A stretch of DNA of 21,544 bases. Origin: an uncultured Deferribacteres bacterium (lineage in GTDB: Bacteria; Zhuqueibacterota; Zhuqueibacteria; Zhuqueibacterales; Geothermadaptataceae). A model generated the notes under the pieces. That model did no database searches and had not been told where the DNA came from. It worked only from the letters and a program-made list of their open reading frames with translations. Location: contig CAXHAT010000139.1 in the NCBI GenBank assembly GCA_964014485.1, positions 1-21,544 of the forward strand, in the 5' to 3' direction. This document shows positions 14,474 through 21,544 of the stretch, in pieces; position 1 is the first letter of the stretch; every line of letters begins with the position of its first letter. Both the position numbers and the translations under genes were made by a program.

Positions 14474-17437
14474 TTAATTTTTCGTTTGTACGATGTCAGA
14501 GACGCGAAGAACCGGCGGCTGATTGTCGTGCGCAAAATGCGCCCATTCTGCGCCGTATTCGATGGCCGTTTCTTTATCAGTTTGGAACATCGCGTCGAAA
14601 AACTGCACATCTTCGGCGCCGCCGTGAATTTCAATGGCAACGCGGTTTTTGCCGCTGCGCAATTTCTCCAAAGTCTCTGAAGGCAATGGAATCGCTCTGG
14701 CCATTCCGCGCGTCGTTCTTGGCGGCGTGTCGTGCTTCAAAGCCATACCGCCCGGCAGGTTGTGGCGAAATATTTCGTCGCCGTTAATGTAAACGGCGAT
14801 CCCGCCATTGTACTGTAAAATGAAACGAGCAGCATTGGGGAGAGCGTTCAACTCAAAATCTTTAACAAAGTAAGCGGTCTTCGTCGTTAGGGGCTGGCCT
14901 GCCGAACCATGAACATCGCGGAAGCGCGCTCGAAACATTTGCCAATCTTTGATCGGGTAATCCTGCTCGGTCCATGAAACTTTCGTCTGCAACGTGTCCA
15001 CGGTAAAAGAAATAGCAAAAGATCGTTTAGTTTTGTTGCCAAGCTCATCTTTTGCTCGCACAAAAACGGTCCTGGTTTCCCCTTGCTTCGCGTTGATAGT
15101 CGCCATGTGACTGAAGCCGCTTCCTCCCGTCTCGAAGGCGTTTTCCATTCGGTCAAAATCCTGGTTGCGATAGCTCCAACGCAGCTCGGCGCTTTCGTCA
15201 GATTCCAGGGCTATTTGCGTCGGCGTTTGAGCAACGACAAATCGTCCGCCCAAAGGCGACGACAACTTGGGCCCGCGGCGATCCGGTTTCGGCGGCGCGT
15301 ACATTTTGGGCAGATCGCGTTCGAACAGCGTGTAAGGATCATTGTAAAAATCCAAAAAATCCGGCACGGAGGCGTGGCCGGGATAGGGCGCGTGAAAATG
15401 GCTGGCGTTGGCGTTTCTCCAGGTCACGCCGTAGGCGATGAAATTGTTGACGGAGTCGTGTTTTATCGGCTCGAGCATCGTTCGCGTGTGCCAGTTCACG
15501 TCATCCAATCCTTCCTGCCCGATTTCCGTCAACGCGGGGATTTTGTCATTTTTTAGAGCTACCCGGACGACCTGGTTGAGCCTGCGTCGATAATCAGCGA
15601 CGACTTGATCGGAGATTGGCGTGTTATAGTAAAAATCCGCCCCAAAAATATCGACGTAATCGTTGCCGGGGTAGCGCTTGAAATAATCGTCGCCACTGTT
15701 CAGGTATTTTATCGACGGTGAGATCGCCCAGAGCAAATTGTGAACTTGCAGCGAATCACGAAGATGGCTGACGGTGAATCGCCACAATCGATTGTATTCC
15801 TCGGTGCTGCAATGCCCGACGCCCCACCAAAACCAGCTTCCCAAGTGTTCGTGATAGGGCCGAAAAATGATCGGAATTGCTTCGCCTTTTTTGCCGCGAA
15901 GCGATTGGAAAAAGAGCGCGGCAGTTTTTAGCTTTTTCAAATAATCCGAGTGTCGTGAACCGCCCGGCAGAATTTGTTCGACAATTTTTTCGCCGTTGAG
16001 ATCGGCGGTGTAAAAAGAGCGCATGTCCGGGTCGGATTGGTGCCACGCGACGGTGATTACTGCTCCGCGCTCGTAGGCGCTCACAATCCGACCTCGAATC
16101 CTGTCAACCTCAATGTTTCGAATTACATTGTGCAAATCCTCGCCGTGAATCGCCGGAAAATCGCCGCAAACGTCTTTCACATCACCGCGATTATCATCGT
16201 TCGTCCAGCCGACGCCGTAGCCCGCCGCGTGCTGCATCCCGTACAAAAACGACCGGTTCATCTGATTTTTTAAATTGAGAAAAAGATAGCGCGTCTGTTT
16301 GTTGGCGGCGCGGTCAACGATGCTGACCGAATCCATGCTGACCTGAGATTCATAGATCGAACAGGCGCGGTAGAGTTCAAAAATGACGGAGTCTGCCTGA
16401 GCCAGAGAAGGAGTGGCTTTTTTGAAGGAAATCGCATTATTCAACGCCGCTCGCAGTTTTGCTTTCGCACTGGAAGGAAATTTCCCTTCACTCTTGCCTT
16501 GCTTGGTGGATTTCAACAACGCCTTTGCGCTGGCCAATGCGTCGTCCAATGTAACAAACGGCTCGGCGCTCGGCACAAAAGGCTTTGGCGGTGAGTCATC
16601 GCGTGCGGCGGTTTTGTCGGGCAGCCGATTTTTGTGGCCGGGCAAGGGAGGCGGCGCGCCAATTATTTCGGCAACGCCCCAGGCGTACGGACGCATTTTG
16701 TCCTTCTCTTCAGGAATTGTGCCCGCGACCGCGATCAATGTTCTTTCCGTGTCGCCGTTCAAGTTTGGATCTTGGTCCGTGCAATCGATTTTCAGCGGCA
16801 TTCGCAGGCCGTCATAAACAACAAAATTCTGCCCGTCCGCGACCAAAGAATCCAGAGCGAAACGCGCTTCCACGATATAACCGTCGTTGGAAAATTTTGG
16901 AAACGCCGCTGCATCAACGCCGGGAACGTCCGTGATCAACCAGCCGTCCAGGGATGTCGTTCCGTTTGGCAAAAAACCGATACGCCAATCGCCGTCTTCG
17001 CTTGCGAAGGTCTTTCGCGTCCGGCCTTCAAGTTGATCCAAATCGTAAAATCCGAGGTAAATTTCCAAAGCGTCGCCTTGCCAGGGTTCATAAATATCGC
17101 CTACGCCGCGCGTATCATCATCCGTCACATCCGCGAAAATGTAGAGATAGTCGTCGTCGATGGTCATGACGGTCTTGAAATACAAATCCGCTGATTCCGG
17201 CGTCCAATTCACTGTGTCCGCGCCTGCGACGGTGTCCGGCTCGATCTGATAGGCACGGTACGCTTCGAATTCCTGAGCACGCCCGTCCAAAACGAAATTA
17301 TCGGCAAAGTGCGGCGCGTATTTTATTTGAAATAACGGCTTTGCGTTTGGCGCCTTGCTTATGAATTGAAGCGAATCACTCGTCTGCGAATGGACAATGC
17401 TTGCAAAGATGAACGGTATCAGCAATAATTTTTTCAA
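14474..17437 (-). CDS. Secreted multidomain GH26 beta-mannanase: CBM9/DOMON-like + FIVAR-like helices + GH26 + Ig-like + galactose-binding-like domain, 987 aa
   Basis: GH26 motifs ITVAWH, IFRPYHEH.GSWFWWG, YPGNDYVDIFGADFY, ALTEIG, TWRN. CBM9-like LDG...DDDYLYIFADVTDD...GD.LEIY...GYIVEARF. Signal peptide and TTG start. Confidence 0.9.
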   Translation of the reverse strand: MKKLLLIPFIFASIVHSQTSDSLQFISKAPNAKPLFQIKYAPHFADNFVLDGRAQEFEAYRAYQIEPDTVAGADTVNWTPESADLYFKTVMTIDDDYLYIFADVTDDDTRGVGDIYEPWQGDALEIYLGFYDLDQLEGRTRKTFASEDGDWRIGFLPNGTTSLDGWLITDVPGVDAAAFPKFSNDGYIVEARFALDSLVADGQNFVVYDGLRMPLKIDCTDQDPNLNGDTERTLIAVAGTIPEEKDKMRPYAWGVAEIIGAPPPLPGHKNRLPDKTAARDDSPPKPFVPSAEPFVTLDDALASAKALLKSTKQGKSEGKFPSSAKAKLRAALNNAISFKKATPSLAQADSVIFELYRACSIYESQVSMDSVSIVDRAANKQTRYLFLNLKNQMNRSFLYGMQHAAGYGVGWTNDDNRGDVKDVCGDFPAIHGEDLHNVIRNIEVDRIRGRIVSAYERGAVITVAWHQSDPDMRSFYTADLNGEKIVEQILPGGSRHSDYLKKLKTAALFFQSLRGKKGEAIPIIFRPYHEHLGSWFWWGVGHCSTEEYNRLWRFTVSHLRDSLQVHNLLWAISPSIKYLNSGDDYFKRYPGNDYVDIFGADFYYNTPISDQVVADYRRRLNQVVRVALKNDKIPALTEIGQEGLDDVNWHTRTMLEPIKHDSVNNFIAYGVTWRNANASHFHAPYPGHASVPDFLDFYNDPYTLFERDLPKMYAPPKPDRRGPKLSSPLGGRFVVAQTPTQIALESDESAELRWSYRNQDFDRMENAFETGGSGFSHMATINAKQGETRTVFVRAKDELGNKTKRSFAISFTVDTLQTKVSWTEQDYPIKDWQMFRARFRDVHGSAGQPLTTKTAYFVKDFELNALPNAARFILQYNGGIAVYINGDEIFRHNLPGGMALKHDTPPRTTRGMARAIPLPSETLEKLRSGKNRVAIEIHGGAEDVQFFDAMFQTDKETAIEYGAEWAHFAHDNQPPVLRVSDIVQTKN

Positions 17438-17463
17438 AAATTTAAACCCTAATTTTGGGAGAA

Positions 17464-18318
17464 TTAGCCTTTCAACCCCGACATTGAGAGACTCTTGACG
17501 ATTTGTTTTTGGAAGACTAAAAAAAGAACCAGCGCCGGGATAATCGCGAGCGCCGCGCCGGCCATTTCAATATTTTCGACATGCGTGTAGCGCCCTTGTA
17601 AGAGCGCCAAGCCGAGCGGCAGCGTGTACAGGTTTTCGTCAAAAAGATAGATCAGGGGCGAGACGAAATTGTTCCAATTGTAAAGGAACGTCAAAATGCC
17701 GAGCGTCGCCAGCAGCGGTTTTGAAAGCGGCAGCACCACCGACCAATAGATGCGAAAATCGCCGCAGCCGTCGATTTTTGCCGCGGAAATCAGATCATCC
17801 GGGATTTCGGCGATGAATTGCCGCGCGAGAAAAATGCCGAACGCGCCGCTCACGCCCGGAACGATCAGCGGCCAAAAGCTGTTTAGCCAACCCAAATCTC
17901 GCATGAGCAGAAAGCCGGGAACGAGTAAGACTGAGCCGGGAATGAGCATGGTCGAGAGCAGAAAATAGAAAAAGAAGTTTTTGAATTTGAAATTGTGCTT
18001 GGCAAAAGCGTACCCGGCCAGAGAGCAAAAAAACAGTGTCCCGACAGTCGTCGCAACGGCGATGACAAAACTGTTCCACATGTATTGACCATAGTTCATC
18101 CCTTCCAAAAGCTGCTGGTAAGGGCGGATCGTCGGCGATTCCAGCGCCAGGCTGATCGGCACGCGCGAAACTTCTTCGAGCGTCTTGAACGAGGTGACAA
18201 CCATGTAATAGAACGGCACGACCATCGTGAGCCCGGCGGCGGTGACGAACAAATAAAGCCAGAAGCGTGAAATTTTTGGTTTTATGCTTTTCATTTCCAT
18301 GACCGCGTAGGAGGTCAT
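17464..18318 (-). CDS. Carbohydrate ABC transporter permease (MalG-like)
   Basis: PFYYMVVTSFK, NSF, LAGYAFAK, EAA loop DLISAAKIDGCG...PLSKP, WNNF..PL, TLPLGL. Start could also be 18300 or 18294. Confidence 0.93.
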   Translation of the reverse strand: MTSYAVMEMKSIKPKISRFWLYLFVTAAGLTMVVPFYYMVVTSFKTLEEVSRVPISLALESPTIRPYQQLLEGMNYGQYMWNSFVIAVATTVGTLFFCSLAGYAFAKHNFKFKNFFFYFLLSTMLIPGSVLLVPGFLLMRDLGWLNSFWPLIVPGVSGAFGIFLARQFIAEIPDDLISAAKIDGCGDFRIYWSVVLPLSKPLLATLGILTFLYNWNNFVSPLIYLFDENLYTLPLGLALLQGRYTHVENIEMAGAALAIIPALVLFLVFQKQIVKSLSMSGLKG

Positions 18319-18338
18319 CTTAAAACATCGATTTTCAG

Positions 18339-18409
18339 GTCATTCCCGCGCAGGCGGGAATCCATTGATTTTGCACGATTTACTGGATTCCCGCCTGCGC
18401 GGGAATGAC
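18339..18409. repeat. dRS3/CGTC-type REP doublet
   Basis: Perfect 26-bp inverted repeat GTCATTCCCGCGCAGGCGGGAATCCA-N19-TGGATTCCCGCCTGCGCGGGAATGAC. Each arm contains ATTCCC-N8-GGGAAT. Confidence 0.9.
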
Positions 18410-18441
18410 GTAAAAGGGACATTTTTGATATTGCGCGATTT

Positions 18442-20835
18442 TCACTTTTTCTTCAAAATCAGTTTGAAATTTAACATAGTCAGCGCCAAAAGGACAACGA
18501 ACAAAATATACGCGACAGCCGACGCTTCGCCCATTTTGAAATAGATGAAGCCCATGCGATAAATCAGGGGAACGATCGACAAGCCGCTGTCGTCAGGGCC
18601 GAATTTGGACTCGCCCTCTCCGGCGCCGCCGCCCATCATGTAGATCTGCTCGAAGACTTGAATCGCGCCAATTGTCCCCATCACCGTCAAAAAAACGACT
18701 TGCGGACGCAATCCCGGCAGGCTGATGTGCAGAAACTGCCGCATCGGCCCTGCGCCGTCGATCTCCGCCGCTTCGTACTGCGCCGACGGAATATTTTGCA
18801 GTCCGGCGAGATAGATCAAAATGGTGAAAGCGAGCCCCTGCCAAACGGTCATCACAATCACACATTCCAGGAAAAAGGACTTATCTTTCAAAAAAACAAT
18901 CGGATCGTTGATCAAACCCGTTTTCAAAAGCAATGAATTGATCCAGCCGTACTCCGCTCCGGCGAATAGGGCGAACCAAATGAGACTCACAGAGACAACC
19001 GACGTGACCAACGGCGAGAAATAGACGAATTTGTACAATTTGTCCGGCCACAAGTTTTTGTCGAGACAAGCGGCCAAAATAACGCCGAACGCCAATTGCA
19101 TGGGGATGACCAAAACCGCGAAATAAAGCGAACGCCCCAGGCTTTGCCACAGCACTACGTCCGCGAGGATGTGCTTGTAGTTTTCCAGCCCCACCCATTT
19201 TGCGGCGCTGAGCGGCGTGACCGGATTGTACTTTGTAAAACTCAGGTAGAGCGAAACAATGACCGGGATGAGAATAAAAACGAGCGCCGAAAGCACCGCC
19301 GGAGAAATGTAGACGTAAGAACGCCAGTTCTTTCGCGTTGCCGGTGAAACTACGATCATTGACAAAAACCCCAGACAGAGCGCAAATACGACCGCTTCGG
19401 AATAATCCAGGACGTCCCATTCGTTTTCCGCTTTATTAGTTCCGAGATGCAAATCGCTGTAAAATCGCTCGAAGTTCTTTCGGTCGAAATCGAGTTTGAA
19501 TTGCGCTTGAGACGAGAGGTCGGTCAAAAGCGTCTTGCTGGATTGCTGCAAAAACGCACGGTATTTTTGGCGCTCCTCGGGCAGTTCCCCCGCCGCGAAT
19601 CGCCGCTTCAATTCTCGCACGCTGATGCTGTATTTTTCGGCGACGGCTTCGTGATAATCCTTGAGCGTTTCAGCGATTCTGTAAAAGCTTTGTTCTAGAA
19701 GTTTTTCCGGCTCTTTCAGCCAAGGATAGCCTTGCTTGGTTCGCAGTTGCTTGAAAACCTCGTGGAACAATTCCTGATCGCCCGTGCGCATCTCCAAGTC
19801 TTTTCGCCAAAACTCCATATTCGGCGAAAAACTGAGCCACGCATTCGCTTCCAAATTTGCCAGAAATTGATATTGGTAAACCTGGGACTCGACGGAGAGC
19901 ATGTATTCCAGCCACTTCATGGCGCCGTCCGGGTTTTTCGCCTTTTTGAAAATCACGAACGAACGGCCGCCCATAATTGAGACCGCCTCGCCGTCGTCCG
20001 CCTTTGGGAAGGGGAAAATACCGATACTTTTCATGGCTTCCGGGAAGCGCATTTGCAGCTCGCTGTAGGCTTCATGGTAGGTGAAAAACAAAGGCAGCGC
20101 GCGCTCCGGGTCGGAAAGCGCCATTTGCTCTTTTTCCTTCTCAATGACCAGGTCGTAGGAATTCCACAAATCCACGGCGAAAGTGTAGCCCTTTAAAAAA
20201 TCCGGTTCCGTCCAGCCGACGCGCGCGCCGTTTTCCAGAAAAGCTTCCGCGCCAAATGGCCAGATAAAGGCGTTCAAGCCCCACGTCGTGTTGCGCGTCC
20301 ACAAAAAACCGTATTGACGCCCTTTTGCTGCAAGCGCATCCAAAACTTGTTTCAACTCAGACCACGTTGCGGGCGGCGTTAGCCCGAGGTTTTGGAAAAT
20401 ATCAGTACGGTAAAAGCCAACGACGCCGGCGGCGGTGCTGGGGATGGCGTAGAGCCGGCCCTCGTAGTAGTTGTTCGGCCACATGCCCGGAAAAATTTTT
20501 TCCTTGAGTCTTGCAACGGATTCCGGATATCGCGCTTCCAAATCGATCACGCCGCCGACTTTGCCGTAATCCAGCCCGGCGCTCAAACTCCCGGCTCCAG
20601 CGTCTGGCGGAGAACCCGCCGCCATTGCGGTCACGTATTTTGTATCGAAGTTTCCCCACGGCAGCGCATGGACGTGAACGGTGATTCCGGTTTCCGCCTT
20701 GTATCTTTCCGCAATGCCTTTCACTGCGTCAATTTCATATCCGCCGCCGACGTACCAGAAGTGGACGTCTTGGGCGGATGCTCTCAACGGGGCCGTTGCG
20801 ACGAAAAGAAACAGACTAAGTATTTTTATTTTCAT
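18442..20835 (-). CDS. Fused extracellular sugar-binding protein + ABC permease (MalE-MalF-like), 797 aa
   Basis: Signal peptide and SBP_bac_1-type motifs (ETGITV....PW, AAGSPPD, YEGRLYAIP, FYRTDIF..LGL.PP.TW.EL, GGRSFVIFK...NPD.A.KWL), then a TMD (YLSFT, WVGLENY, YLAGLQNIP..QYEAAEIDGAG...F..ISLP, G.ASA.A) in one uninterrupted ORF. Confidence 0.9.
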   Translation of the reverse strand: MKIKILSLFLFVATAPLRASAQDVHFWYVGGGYEIDAVKGIAERYKAETGITVHVHALPWGNFDTKYVTAMAAGSPPDAGAGSLSAGLDYGKVGGVIDLEARYPESVARLKEKIFPGMWPNNYYEGRLYAIPSTAAGVVGFYRTDIFQNLGLTPPATWSELKQVLDALAAKGRQYGFLWTRNTTWGLNAFIWPFGAEAFLENGARVGWTEPDFLKGYTFAVDLWNSYDLVIEKEKEQMALSDPERALPLFFTYHEAYSELQMRFPEAMKSIGIFPFPKADDGEAVSIMGGRSFVIFKKAKNPDGAMKWLEYMLSVESQVYQYQFLANLEANAWLSFSPNMEFWRKDLEMRTGDQELFHEVFKQLRTKQGYPWLKEPEKLLEQSFYRIAETLKDYHEAVAEKYSISVRELKRRFAAGELPEERQKYRAFLQQSSKTLLTDLSSQAQFKLDFDRKNFERFYSDLHLGTNKAENEWDVLDYSEAVVFALCLGFLSMIVVSPATRKNWRSYVYISPAVLSALVFILIPVIVSLYLSFTKYNPVTPLSAAKWVGLENYKHILADVVLWQSLGRSLYFAVLVIPMQLAFGVILAACLDKNLWPDKLYKFVYFSPLVTSVVSVSLIWFALFAGAEYGWINSLLLKTGLINDPIVFLKDKSFFLECVIVMTVWQGLAFTILIYLAGLQNIPSAQYEAAEIDGAGPMRQFLHISLPGLRPQVVFLTVMGTIGAIQVFEQIYMMGGGAGEGESKFGPDDSGLSIVPLIYRMGFIYFKMGEASAVAYILFVVLLALTMLNFKLILKKK

Positions 20836-20868
20836 GATTTTGCTTGATGCACGGAGTTCGCGCTCAAA

Positions 20869-21343
20869 TTATTCTTCGATCACTTCCCAGTACCCGCCTT
20901 TCGCGGCGCCCCTTCTAATGATCACTTCTTTTTCCTTTAATTTATCAAAATGCTTGCGCACGGCGGAGACGTTTATTTTCATCGTTTCGGCGGCTTTTTC
21001 AAAGCTCAGGTGCGGATCGGCGAGGATCATTTTGAGCAGTTCTTACTGCTTCGACGTGAGTTTCACGCCACCTTTCACGCCACCTTTTGTACCGCTCAAC
21101 GGAAAAATAATCTTGAAATAATCAATGCCGGATTCAACCAAAGGCTCCGCGCCGGTTTCCTGCCACCCGAGGATCATTTTATCAAAGCCGAAACCGGCGT
21201 TTTCAGCCAGCTTGATGATGCGAAACAGCTTTGCCAGCACGGGATTGCGCGGCAAGGAAAGATCTTCGCGCATAATGACTGAAATCTTCCCATTCGACGT
21301 CTTGGAGTTTTTGAAGCAGTTCTTTTTTCGTCATCGTGACCAT
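20869..21343 (-). pseudogene. Degraded AlbA_2 (Schlafen-like) / HATPase_c_4 (RecG-C-like) / winged-HTH gene
   Basis: From ATG 21343: MVTMTKKELLQKLQDVEWEDF (family N-terminus), joined out of frame to MREDLSLPRNPVLAKLFRIIKLAENAGFGFDKM. In-frame TAA at 21045-21043, then the same frame continues ELLKMILADPHLSFEKAAETMKINVSAVRKHFDKLKEKEVIIRRGAAKGGYWEVIEE* (wHTH) to 20869. Confidence 0.85.
21061..21087. repeat. 12-bp tandem repeat (2 copies plus) encoding the GGVK-GGVK linker
   Basis: TTTCACGCCACC at 21061-21072 and 21073-21084. Confidence 0.8.
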
Positions 21344-21406
21344 TTTTCTCTTATTTGACTCATGTTACACGCGGCAGCGCGCATACCGAGTCTTGGAGCA
21401 AAGTTT

Positions 21407-21525
21407 GTCTCATTAGCGCCGGACTTCGGTGCGGTGACGCACTTTGAAGGATACTGTTGGCGATTTCCGGATCGTTCAGTCCTGGCTGTCCGGGCGTCTC
21501 ATTAGCCGCGCGCTTCAGCGCGTGG
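21407..21525 (+). repeat. Direct-repeat REP-like units: GTCTCATTAGC head + GC-rich hairpin
   Basis: GTCTCATTAGC at 21407 and 21496 (89-nt period), running into hairpins CGCCGGAC-TTCG-GTGCGGTG and CCGCGCGC-TTCA-GCGCGTGG. Confidence 0.65.
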
Positions 21526-21544
21526 ACCCGGTCGGGCGCTCTTC

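Noticed and set aside
18299..18337. AGGAGGT on the + strand, ATGACC/GGTCAT mini-hairpin and a LacI-operator-like TGAAAATCGATGTTTTA
   Set aside because: The SD is on the wrong strand, a 6-bp stem is expected by chance, and the operator match is asymmetric with no second copy found.
21043..21045. Programmed readthrough or recoding at the in-frame stop
   Set aside because: The codon is TAA (not Sec/Pyl), other genes here end in TAA, and the gene is also broken by a deletion.
21407..21525. CRISPR array
   Set aside because: Only 11 nt identical, two copies, 89-nt period, no cas genes.

Overview
Bacterial window, mostly about 50-60% GC, with Shine-Dalgarno-led genes. One protein has an 'NYPNPFNP' C-terminal sorting domain, which suggests an FCB-group lineage such as KSB1/Calditrichota/Ignavibacteria (inference). 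The left part (1-4.8 kb) holds an acyl-CoA synthetase, a VOC/glyoxalase-like protein, and a protease-less twin-PDZ secreted protein divergent from a small secreted helical protein; the last two both have ECF-sigma-like promoter motifs. From 5.0 to 20.8 kb lies a minus-strand beta-mannan utilisation locus: SBP-permease fusion, second ABC permease, multidomain GH26, GmhA-like SIS isomerase, LacI regulator, multidomain GH5_10-like mannanase, TIM-barrel lipoprotein and GPH symporter. Between lacI and the GH5 gene sits a co-oriented ~2.1 kb insert: an AT-rich stand-alone reverse transcriptase (FMDD) resembling DRT5/UG16 anti-phage RTs, followed by a DUF433-DUF5615 (PIN) toxin-antitoxin pair. There is no intergenic room for a long ncRNA and no mobility gene. 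Upstream of the locus is an internally deleted, nonsense-interrupted AlbA_2/HATPase_c_4/wHTH pseudogene. Three or four unrelated REP-like palindrome families occur in the intergenic spaces. Family assignments come from motif recognition and recalled family sequences, not database searches.
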